Below the pieces are notes generated by a model that worked only from the letters and a program-made list of their open reading frames with translations, ran no database searches and had not been told where the DNA came from. From Eubacteriales bacterium (GTDB lineage Bacteria > Bacillota > Clostridia > Oscillospirales > CAG-272): a DNA stretch of 64,000 nt. Each line of letters starts with the position of its first letter. Within the stretch, counting starts at the first letter, position 1. The stretch lies in assembly GCA_045658925.1 (NCBI GenBank), contig JAZOVV010000002.1:5621-69620 (forward strand), in the 5' to 3' direction. Both the position numbers and the translations under genes were made by a program. Shown here in pieces: positions 8,650 through 16,585 of the stretch.

Positions 8650-9504
8650 ATGTATCAGTTTCCCATTGGTGTTGTGGTCGAATCCTTCCGTAAGGAGATT
8701 CACGAGGCCATCCAAGAGGCGAGCAAGCTCGGTCTTGACGGTATCCAAATGTACGGTACCAGAGGCGATTTTGTTCCCGAAAAATTCACGGCTGAACGCC
8801 GTCGCGAGCTTTTGAATTTTGCAAAAGATAACGGCGTTAAGTTTTCCGCTATTTGCGGAGACTTCGGTCACGGTTTTATGAGTGTTGAATCCAACAAGAT
8901 CTATGTGGAACGCTCCAAGAGAGTGGTTGATCTTGCTTTGGAAATGGAGACAAACATCATTACTACACACATTGGTGTAGTTCCCGAGGATAAAACCTCC
9001 GAGCGATACAAAATTATGCAAGAGGCTTGCCACGAGTTGGCACAGTATGCAGATAGCGTAAACGCTCATTTCGCGGTTGAGACCGGTCCCGAGACCTCGG
9101 CAGTGCTCGGTGACTTCCTCGATTCGCTCGGTTCTTGCGGCGTAGGAGTCAACCTTGACCCCGCAAACCTTGTAATGGTTACGGGAGACGATCCCGCAAA
9201 GGCCGTTCACCGTTTGAAGAAATACATCGTTCATACCCACGCAAAGGACGGTGTTATGCTCAAACGAACCAATCCCGAATATATCTATCGGGTCATTCCC
9301 ATGCCCGAGGATATGGCAGGCATTACCGCCTTCCGCGAAACGCCCTTGGGAGAGGGAAGCGTAGATTTTGCAGCCTACCTCAAAGCACTTGAGGATATTG
9401 GCTACCGCGGCTTCCTTACCATTGAGCGTGAGGCGGGCGCAACCCCTGCCGACGATATTACTCTTGCAGCAAATTATTTGAGAAAAATAATAAAGGAGAA
9501 CTAA
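8650..9504 (+). CDS. Sugar phosphate isomerase/epimerase (xylose isomerase-like TIM barrel)
   Basis: AAGGAGG RBS; 284 aa. The pattern of conserved His/Asp/Glu segments (THIGVVPED, AVETGPE, NLDPANL, HTHAKDG) is typical of the family. Confidence 0.8.
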   Translation: MYQFPIGVVVESFRKEIHEAIQEASKLGLDGIQMYGTRGDFVPEKFTAERRRELLNFAKDNGVKFSAICGDFGHGFMSVESNKIYVERSKRVVDLALEMETNIITTHIGVVPEDKTSERYKIMQEACHELAQYADSVNAHFAVETGPETSAVLGDFLDSLGSCGVGVNLDPANLVMVTGDDPAKAVHRLKKYIVHTHAKDGVMLKRTNPEYIYRVIPMPEDMAGITAFRETPLGEGSVDFAAYLKALEDIGYRGFLTIEREAGATPADDITLAANYLRKIIKEN

Positions 9505-9508
9505 AACC

Positions 9509-10561
9509 ATGCAAAAGACCATTGCCATTATCGGATGCGGTAGAATTGCAAACTTCGCACATCTGCCGGCACTTTCCAAAATGGAAGACGTACGCATCAA
9601 ATATGCGTGCGACCTGCTCATCGAAAAGGCAAACGCCGTAGTTGAAAAGTACGGTGCAGAGCAAGCCATTACCGATTACAAAATCGCGTTGGCCGACCCC
9701 GAGGTGCAAACCGTATTCGTTCTTACTCCCAACTATGCGCACTACGTTATCACAATGGATGCGCTCAAGGCAGGCAAGAACGTTATGTGCGAAAAGCCCA
9801 TCACTGTTAACTATGCACTCTCCAAGGAGATGGCAGACGAAGCAGAAAAGCAGGGCAAGCTGCTCAACATTGGCGTGTGCAACCGTTTCCAAGAGTCGGT
9901 TTGCCGCATTGCCGATATGAATAAGAGAGGCGAGCTCGGTAACATCTATCACGTTTACTGCTCCTTCCGTGCTCACCGCAGTATCCCCGGTCTTGGTGGC
10001 TCCTTTACCAACAAGGCAGAGTCGGGCGGCGGCGTTCTCATCGACTGGGGCGTTCACTACCTCGACCTCATCCTTTACATCCTCGGCGGAGCCGAGCTCA
10101 AAACCGTTAGTGCCAACACGTATAGCGAAATGGCAAAGGATATGAAGGCGTACAAGTACACCGGCATGTGGGCAGAAGAAACCAAGAACCTCGAGACCGG
10201 CGTTAACGACGTTGACGATTTCGTAACCGGTTTCATTCGCACAAACAAGGCATCCATTTCCTTCAACGGTGCGTGGGCACAAAACATTGCAAAGAGAGAC
10301 ACTTACATCGACTTCCTTGGTGACAAGGGTGGCGTTAGACTTGATTACTGCGGACATTTCACCTTCTTTAAGGATGATTTGACCGAGGAACGCCCCGAGT
10401 TTGACATTCCGGATATGTACTACCGCGAAGACTCCGACTTCCTGGATGCTTGCGAGACCGGCCGTCGTAACCGCAGCCACATCAGTAACATCCTCGAGAG
10501 CGCAAAGCTGCTTGATGCAATTTACCAATCGGCAGAAGAAAAGCGCGAAATTAATTTCTAA
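9509..10561 (+). CDS. Gfo/Idh/MocA family oxidoreductase
   Basis: Rossmann N-terminus IAIIGCGRIANFAHLPAL and the CEKP motif (NVMCEKPIT). Confidence 0.9.
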   Translation: MQKTIAIIGCGRIANFAHLPALSKMEDVRIKYACDLLIEKANAVVEKYGAEQAITDYKIALADPEVQTVFVLTPNYAHYVITMDALKAGKNVMCEKPITVNYALSKEMADEAEKQGKLLNIGVCNRFQESVCRIADMNKRGELGNIYHVYCSFRAHRSIPGLGGSFTNKAESGGGVLIDWGVHYLDLILYILGGAELKTVSANTYSEMAKDMKAYKYTGMWAEETKNLETGVNDVDDFVTGFIRTNKASISFNGAWAQNIAKRDTYIDFLGDKGGVRLDYCGHFTFFKDDLTEERPEFDIPDMYYREDSDFLDACETGRRNRSHISNILESAKLLDAIYQSAEEKREINF

Positions 10562-10647
10562 TCCTCAAAAGAGAAAATCAAACTCATATATATTCCAAAG
10601 TCGCACTTTGGGCTTATATAAACCTTTTTAATCAAGGAGAAAAAACA

Positions 10648-12201
10648 ATGAAAACAGTAGCTAGATTTTTGGTTTTGTTACTTGTTGTTGCAATGATGAT
10701 TTCTTGCTTTGCTGCCTGCGACAAAAAAGACGACAAAAAGAAGAAACCCACCAGCAACAACAATACCAGTACCGGCGTTGATATGCCCGATATCGTAGAT
10801 TTGGGCGATTACATCTACCGTGCATACGTTCGTTCCAATGCAGCAACCGGCGGCGACACACTGGCTGACGGTAACCCTGCCTTCTATTGCGAAGACTTTT
10901 GGGTAAACCCCGAAGAGGGTGAACCCGAGGATGCGTTGGCATTTTCCGTTTACGAGCGTAACAATCAAATCGAAGCAGATTACAACTGCAAAATCAGACA
11001 GGTTTCCCAAACCATCAATATGGTGCAGGAGCTTGCAAGATATATACAAAACGGTGATACGTTTGATTTGACCATCATTTTGGCAAAATCCGCTGCGAGT
11101 GCCGCAACCCAAAACCTGCTCAAAGAGATGAACGGTCTCTCTTCGCTGAATTTGCAGCACGAAGCGATTGACCAAAACGCACGCAAGGAGCTTTCCATTG
11201 CCGGCAAACTCTATTACGTCAGCGGTGATATGAATATTTCTGCGCTCGATAGCGTTGCTCCCACGATTGTTAACCTCGACCGTTACGAGGAATACAGCGA
11301 TGCTATCGTAGAGGCATTCGACGGAAATCAGCTTTACTCTAACATCTATAATATTGTTCGCGCCGGTGAATGGACGATCGAGAACATGCTGAAGATTGCC
11401 GAAAAGGCTTCTGTTGATGCAGATAAGGCTGACGGTGACCTCGGTGCTAATCCGAATGATGCAATCGGTTATTTCCAATATGACCAAAATGCGGTTTACT
11501 ACTTCTACGGTACAGGCGGACGTATTACGCAAATAAACGAGGAAGGCGTTCCTGAGTTTGTTATCAAAGAAGATCAAGATTTGTTCGACTACATCTTTGA
11601 TAAGCTTCACCCCACAAAACGTACAACACAAAAATATCCTCACGGCTTTTCCGTAGACAGACAAAAGCACTTTATTAGCAACGCAGATACGCTTCTTACA
11701 GATATGACTCTGTGGGACGTTCGCAAAAGCCTTTACAAAGATGCTACCTTCAAATACGGTCTGTTGCCTAACCCTGTAAAGGAGTCGGGTGATTCCTACA
11801 ATTCGGTAGTATACTTCTACAACACCGTTCACCTGTGGGCAATTCCCAACAACGTTGAGGATGTTGAGACGGCACAGCTTATGTTCAACGTAATGGCGGC
11901 TTACTCTAACCTCAACAGAGAAAAGTCTACAATGGATGCTTACTATACCAGAACCATTTGCTTCTTGGCAGCAACTGACCCCGACGCACGTGACATGATG
12001 GATATGATCAAGAAGGCTACCGTTTATGATATCGCACTCCTCTACGACTGGGGTGGATGGGCAACTGAGCTTTCTGAGTTGTGGTTTAGAAGAACTACCA
12101 ACAACCACGGTAGTCTTGTTCTCCTGCTTCCTGCTGCGCAGGAAGAGCTTGATGCAACCATTGCAAAGTTCAAGAACCCCGAGGCTGACGTTGTTCCGTA
12201 A
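10648..12201 (+). CDS. Lipoprotein, ABC solute-binding-protein-like (paralog 1 of 3)
   Basis: Signal peptide plus lipobox (ISCFAAC), K/D/N linker. Blocks shared with the next two genes: NCKIRQVS, LTIILAKSAA, SGDMNIS, YFYGTGGRITQ, KYGLLPNP, HLWAIPN, DAYYTRT. Confidence 0.8.
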   Translation: MKTVARFLVLLLVVAMMISCFAACDKKDDKKKKPTSNNNTSTGVDMPDIVDLGDYIYRAYVRSNAATGGDTLADGNPAFYCEDFWVNPEEGEPEDALAFSVYERNNQIEADYNCKIRQVSQTINMVQELARYIQNGDTFDLTIILAKSAASAATQNLLKEMNGLSSLNLQHEAIDQNARKELSIAGKLYYVSGDMNISALDSVAPTIVNLDRYEEYSDAIVEAFDGNQLYSNIYNIVRAGEWTIENMLKIAEKASVDADKADGDLGANPNDAIGYFQYDQNAVYYFYGTGGRITQINEEGVPEFVIKEDQDLFDYIFDKLHPTKRTTQKYPHGFSVDRQKHFISNADTLLTDMTLWDVRKSLYKDATFKYGLLPNPVKESGDSYNSVVYFYNTVHLWAIPNNVEDVETAQLMFNVMAAYSNLNREKSTMDAYYTRTICFLAATDPDARDMMDMIKKATVYDIALLYDWGGWATELSELWFRRTTNNHGSLVLLLPAAQEELDATIAKFKNPEADVVP

Positions 12202-12219
12202 TCTTACATACTGTTATTG

Positions 12220-12253
12220 GTTATCAACGCACGTACTTGCGTGCGTTGATAAC
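12220..12253 (+). terminator. Hairpin terminator between lipoprotein paralogs 1 and 2
   Basis: 14-bp perfect stem GTTATCAACGCACG/CGTGCGTTGATAAC, loop TACTTG, followed by TGTTGATGTTTTT. Confidence 0.6.
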
Positions 12254-12313
12254 TGTTGATGTTTTTGCAACATAGCACAATAAAAGAAGAACATTTTAAG
12301 GAGAATGAACTAT

Positions 12314-13900
12314 ATGAAGCATTCTGCGCGACTAATCGCTCTTTTGTTGATGTTTGCATGTTTGCTTGCCTGTATGATGGCTTGCGGTAAGCGTGATGAC
12401 AACAAGAACAAGCCAAACACAAACAACAACAATAATAATATCTTGGATGACGATGCCGGCATTCCGATGCCCGAAATCCGAGATTTCGGTGCACCCGGTG
12501 AACCTTACGTTTACAAGGCTCTCGTGCGCACCGGTGACCCTGATGTAAGCGAAGAGGAGCAAATTGCCGGTGTTGGTAACAACGGATATGCGGCAATCGA
12601 CTTTTGGGTAGACGAAAATGCCGATACCGCAACAGATGCGATTGCTCTGGCGGTTTATTTGAGAAACTCTCAAATCGAGACCAGTTTTAACTGCCGCATC
12701 GAGCAGGTTTCGCAATCGGGTGAAATGACCTCTCAGTTAAGAGACTTTTATATGAACGGTACAAAGTTGGATCTTACCGTTATTCTTGCAAAATCGGCAG
12801 CTAATGCGGCTATGCAAAATCTTTTGTGCAATTTGAACGCAATGCCCACGTTGGATCTTTTGCACCCCTCTTATGACCAAAAATCCATCAAAGAGCTTGC
12901 TTTAGGTGATTCTTTGTATTACCTCAGCGGCGACATGAACGTTTCCACTCTCGAGGTTTGCGGACCTACCGTTGTCAATTTGGAGCTTTACGATGAGTAC
13001 GTAGATACCTTTGTAACTCTTTTTGATGACCCAATGTATGCCGATATTTACAATCTCGTTCTGGCAAAAAAGTGGACCATTGACACAATGCTGACAATGG
13101 CAACCACCATTAACGTCGACGTTGATGAATCAGACGGAAAAGCGGTTGGTTCACAACCCGGTGACGTTTTGGGCTACTTTGCATACACCGGCATGGGAGT
13201 TTATTATTTCTACGGTTCAGGTGGACGCTTGACCGAAATTGACGAAGAGGGCAATGCCTCGCTGGTAATTGAAAAGTATAACGACCTGTTTGACTATCTC
13301 TACGATAAATTTAACGTTGCCGAAGGTTCCAACGCAGGCTGGATGCCGCACGGATATTCCGGACCAAGATGGCAGATCTTTTCCTCGAACCGTTGTCTTT
13401 TCACCGAAATGACGTTGTTCGATATTAGAACAGACCTCTACAATAAAAGACCCTTTAAATACGGTATTTTGCCCAATCCCATCTACGAGGAGGGCAATGA
13501 TTACCATAGCGTAGTTTACTTTACCAACTGTAATCATTTGTGGGCAATCCCCAATATGACAAACAACTCTGAGGTTGCGCAGTATATGATGAACGTCTTT
13601 GCGGCGTATTCCAACGCACAGCTGACATCCTCAACAATGTACGCATATTACACAAGAACCCTCTATTACACCACAGCACCCGATGCAGGCTCCCGTGAGG
13701 TTATGGATACCATCAAAAACTCTATGGTTTATGATATTGCCCTGCTTTACGATTGGGAGAAGTTGGGTTCCGTTGTTCTTGGTGAGTTGACCGTCAGAGC
13801 GCGCGGCATGTATGCTAGCGCGGTAACAAAACAAGAAGAAATTAACAAAAACCTGCAAGACACCGTTGAAAAACTTAAAAATCCTTTAGAAATCAAATAA
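12314..13900 (+). CDS. Lipoprotein, solute-binding-protein-like (paralog 2 of 3)
   Basis: MKHSARLIALLLMFACLLACMMAC lipobox. AAGGAG at 12298..12303 favours ATG 12314 over the track start 12305. Shares the conserved blocks of paralog 1. Confidence 0.8.
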   Translation: MKHSARLIALLLMFACLLACMMACGKRDDNKNKPNTNNNNNNILDDDAGIPMPEIRDFGAPGEPYVYKALVRTGDPDVSEEEQIAGVGNNGYAAIDFWVDENADTATDAIALAVYLRNSQIETSFNCRIEQVSQSGEMTSQLRDFYMNGTKLDLTVILAKSAANAAMQNLLCNLNAMPTLDLLHPSYDQKSIKELALGDSLYYLSGDMNVSTLEVCGPTVVNLELYDEYVDTFVTLFDDPMYADIYNLVLAKKWTIDTMLTMATTINVDVDESDGKAVGSQPGDVLGYFAYTGMGVYYFYGSGGRLTEIDEEGNASLVIEKYNDLFDYLYDKFNVAEGSNAGWMPHGYSGPRWQIFSSNRCLFTEMTLFDIRTDLYNKRPFKYGILPNPIYEEGNDYHSVVYFTNCNHLWAIPNMTNNSEVAQYMMNVFAAYSNAQLTSSTMYAYYTRTLYYTTAPDAGSREVMDTIKNSMVYDIALLYDWEKLGSVVLGELTVRARGMYASAVTKQEEINKNLQDTVEKLKNPLEIK

Positions 13901-13933
13901 TTAAAAAAAAATAAAAAACAAAAAGGAGAAAGT

Positions 13934-15541
13934 ATGAAACGCATTACAAAAGTACTTATCTTGCTTTTGGCTCTTTGCATGATCCTTCCTTGCATGGCTG
14001 CCTGCGGCGAGAAAAAGGACAACAACAAAAACAAGGGCAACGGCCCCGGCAATTCCCAAAATTCCGGAATTGATATGCCTGAAATCGTCGATATGGACGG
14101 TTATACCTACAAGGCATACGTTCGTGATTTTGCGGGAACCGACCCCGATGCTCACAACGCACAGGTTAACAACGGTAACAATGACTACCGCTGTGTTGAC
14201 TTCTGGGTAGAAGAAGCAAACAGCAACGTAGACGTTATTTCCTATGCCGTATACGGCAGAAACCAACAAATCGAGAATGACTACAACTGCAAAATCAGAC
14301 AGGTAGCATCCGATGGAGACCAAATAGAATTTTTGGTTTCGGCACTTCAAAACGGTACCGGCTACGACTTGACCATTATGATGGCAAAGCGTGCAGCACA
14401 GGCGGCAACGCAAAATCTCTTGAAGAATTTGAAGGCTTCCACTTATATGGACCTTACAAGAGAATCCTTTGACCAAAACGCTATCAAGGAGCTTTCTGTA
14501 AAGGATAAGCTCTACTTCATCAGCGGTGATATGAACATCTCCACCATGGACGTTGCAGGTCTTTCTATTGTTAATATGGCTTTGTATGAGGATTACGCCC
14601 AGGATATTGTAGACGAGTTGTATGGTGGCGACCAAATGTACAGCAACATTTACAACGTTGTTTTGGCTAAAAAATGGACGATGGAAACTCTCTTGACCAT
14701 TGCAACCAAAGCAAACATCGATATCGACAAAACCGACGGTGCACTTCACGCTACCGGTCACGGTACGAACTCTAACCACGAGGTTGTAGAGAACAAGTAT
14801 AAAGGCGGTGACACTGTTGGTTATCACCAATATCTTTACTCCGCACTTTGGTACTTCTACGGCTCCGGCGGTCGTATCACCCAAATGAGCGAGGAGGGCG
14901 TTCCCGAATTTGTAGTTAACACCACCTCTGCCAACACGCTTTACGATTACATCTACAATCATTTTAACCGTAAGCACAACGCAACCTGGATTCCTCACGA
15001 GTCCTCCGACGTTCTGAACTTTAACTTCTTGTCCGGTCAGGTTCTCTTCGCAGACTGCTCTTTGTTCAACGTAAGAACCGAGATTTATCCCTCTGCTCAA
15101 TTCGAGTATGGTATTCTTCCTATTCCTACCCTTGAGGCAGGTATGGATTCCCGCAGTGTTATTTACTTTAACAACTGGGCACACCTTTGGGCGATTCCCC
15201 AAACGACAGAGAATGATGAGTATGCTGAGCGTATGATGGAAATTATGGCTGTTTACTCCAGCCTGCCCGGTTCCACCATGGACGCTTACTACGAAAGAAC
15301 CATCTACCTGCAAGCCGCTAAGGATAACGGCTCTCGCGAGGTTATGGATATGATCAAGGGTTCCTTGGTTTATGACTTTGCTCTCCTGTATGCTTGGGGT
15401 GGTATTGAAACCAACCTTATTCAAAACGTCAACGAAGAGTATGCATACGATAAGATCCAACAAGGCACTATCGACAACGAGACTGCGATGGAAACAACCA
15501 TCAATCAGCTTCTCAATCCCGAAGGAGAAGAAGAGGAATAA
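13934..15541 (+). CDS. Lipoprotein, solute-binding-protein-like (paralog 3 of 3)
   Basis: MKRITKVLILLLALCMILPCMAAC lipobox, AAGGAGA RBS. It is 33 nt after paralog 2 with no hairpin between them and carries the same conserved blocks. Confidence 0.8.
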   Translation: MKRITKVLILLLALCMILPCMAACGEKKDNNKNKGNGPGNSQNSGIDMPEIVDMDGYTYKAYVRDFAGTDPDAHNAQVNNGNNDYRCVDFWVEEANSNVDVISYAVYGRNQQIENDYNCKIRQVASDGDQIEFLVSALQNGTGYDLTIMMAKRAAQAATQNLLKNLKASTYMDLTRESFDQNAIKELSVKDKLYFISGDMNISTMDVAGLSIVNMALYEDYAQDIVDELYGGDQMYSNIYNVVLAKKWTMETLLTIATKANIDIDKTDGALHATGHGTNSNHEVVENKYKGGDTVGYHQYLYSALWYFYGSGGRITQMSEEGVPEFVVNTTSANTLYDYIYNHFNRKHNATWIPHESSDVLNFNFLSGQVLFADCSLFNVRTEIYPSAQFEYGILPIPTLEAGMDSRSVIYFNNWAHLWAIPQTTENDEYAERMMEIMAVYSSLPGSTMDAYYERTIYLQAAKDNGSREVMDMIKGSLVYDFALLYAWGGIETNLIQNVNEEYAYDKIQQGTIDNETAMETTINQLLNPEGEEEE

Positions 15542-15570
15542 TTCCACCTTGCTTTTGTGATTGAATAATG

Positions 15571-15599
15571 AACCCCACCGCTATGGCGGTGGGGTTTTT
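15571..15599 (+). terminator. Rho-independent terminator after lipoprotein 3
   Basis: ACCCCACCGC (15572..15581) pairs with GCGGTGGGGT (15586..15595), followed by TTTTT. Confidence 0.8.
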
Positions 15600-15610
15600 C
15601 TGTTAACCTC

Positions 15611-15639
15611 TTGATTTTTCTTTTCAAAGATGTTATAAT
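15611..15639 (+). promoter_or_regulatory. Candidate promoter for metF
   Basis: TTGATT (15611..15616), 17 nt, TATAAT (15634..15639). Confidence 0.5.
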
Positions 15640-15669
15640 AATGAAAGAAAAAGAAAGGTAGGGAAGCGT

Positions 15670-16545
15670 ATGAAACTGACAAAGCTTTTTGAGAGGGAGA
15701 AGTTCTCGCTCTCGTTTGAGGTCTTTCCACCCAAAACAGATACGTCGTTTGAGAGCGTCAAGAATGCCACCGAAGAGATTGCAAGACTGCACCCTTCGTT
15801 TATGAGCGTTACCTACGGTGCCGGTGGTGGAACGAGCCAATATACGCTTGAAATCGCGCAGAATATCAAAAAGAACTACGGTGTGCCGACGCTTGCGCAC
15901 TTAACTTGCGTTTCTTCCACCAAAGAGACGGTTAAGAGAAAAATTGAAGAGCTCAAAGTAGCCGGAATTGAGAACGTTATGGCTCTGCGCGGTGACCTTA
16001 CTCCCGAGCTTGCCGCTTCGGATCGCTCCGATTGGGCATACCGCCACGCGGTCGACCTTGTACGTGAGCTGAAGGAAAGCGGAGCAGATTTTTGCATCGG
16101 CGGTGCTTGCTATCCCGAAATCCACCCCGAGAGTGCCAACCAAAAGGAAGATATTAGGTATCTCAAGGAAAAGGTCGACGCAGGCTGCGATTTCCTTACT
16201 ACGCAAATGTTTTTTGATAACAATTTGCTTTATAACTTCCTTTACAAAATTCGTGAGGCGGGCATTACCGTTCCCGTCATTCCGGGCATTATGCCCATCA
16301 CAAACGGCAACCAAATCGAGCGCGCTATCAAACTTTCAGGCTCGTTTATGCCGCAACGTTTCAAAACACTCGTCGATAAATTTGGCACAACGCCCGCCGC
16401 TATGAAGCAGGCAGGCATCGCTTACGCGACAGACCAAATCATCGACCTCTTTGCCAACGGCATTACAAACGTGCACGTTTATTCCATGAACAAACCCGAC
16501 GTCGCCAAGGCGATTCAAAACAATTTGTCTGATATTTTAGGATAA
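15670..16545 (+). CDS. metF: 5,10-methylenetetrahydrofolate reductase
   Basis: FSLSFEVFPPKT..., SVTYGAGGGT, LAHLTC; 291 aa. Confidence 0.9.
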   Translation: MKLTKLFEREKFSLSFEVFPPKTDTSFESVKNATEEIARLHPSFMSVTYGAGGGTSQYTLEIAQNIKKNYGVPTLAHLTCVSSTKETVKRKIEELKVAGIENVMALRGDLTPELAASDRSDWAYRHAVDLVRELKESGADFCIGGACYPEIHPESANQKEDIRYLKEKVDAGCDFLTTQMFFDNNLLYNFLYKIREAGITVPVIPGIMPITNGNQIERAIKLSGSFMPQRFKTLVDKFGTTPAAMKQAGIAYATDQIIDLFANGITNVHVYSMNKPDVAKAIQNNLSDILG

Positions 16546-16547
16546 AG

Positions 16548-16585
16548 CAATAGACCGCAAATGCATTGCATTTGCGGTCTTATTG
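16548..16585. terminator. Bidirectional terminator between convergent metF and the radical SAM gene
   Basis: About 16-bp stem CAATAGACCGCAAATG/CATTTGCGGTCT(T)ATTG with one bulged T, placed between the two stop codons. Confidence 0.7.

Noticed and set aside
15542-15669. Looked for an S-box/SAM riboswitch upstream of metF, and of metY at 59362..59391
   Set aside because: The intergenic regions are only about 70 nt after the terminator and 30 nt respectively. That is too short for a SAM-I element, and no conserved S-box helices were seen.
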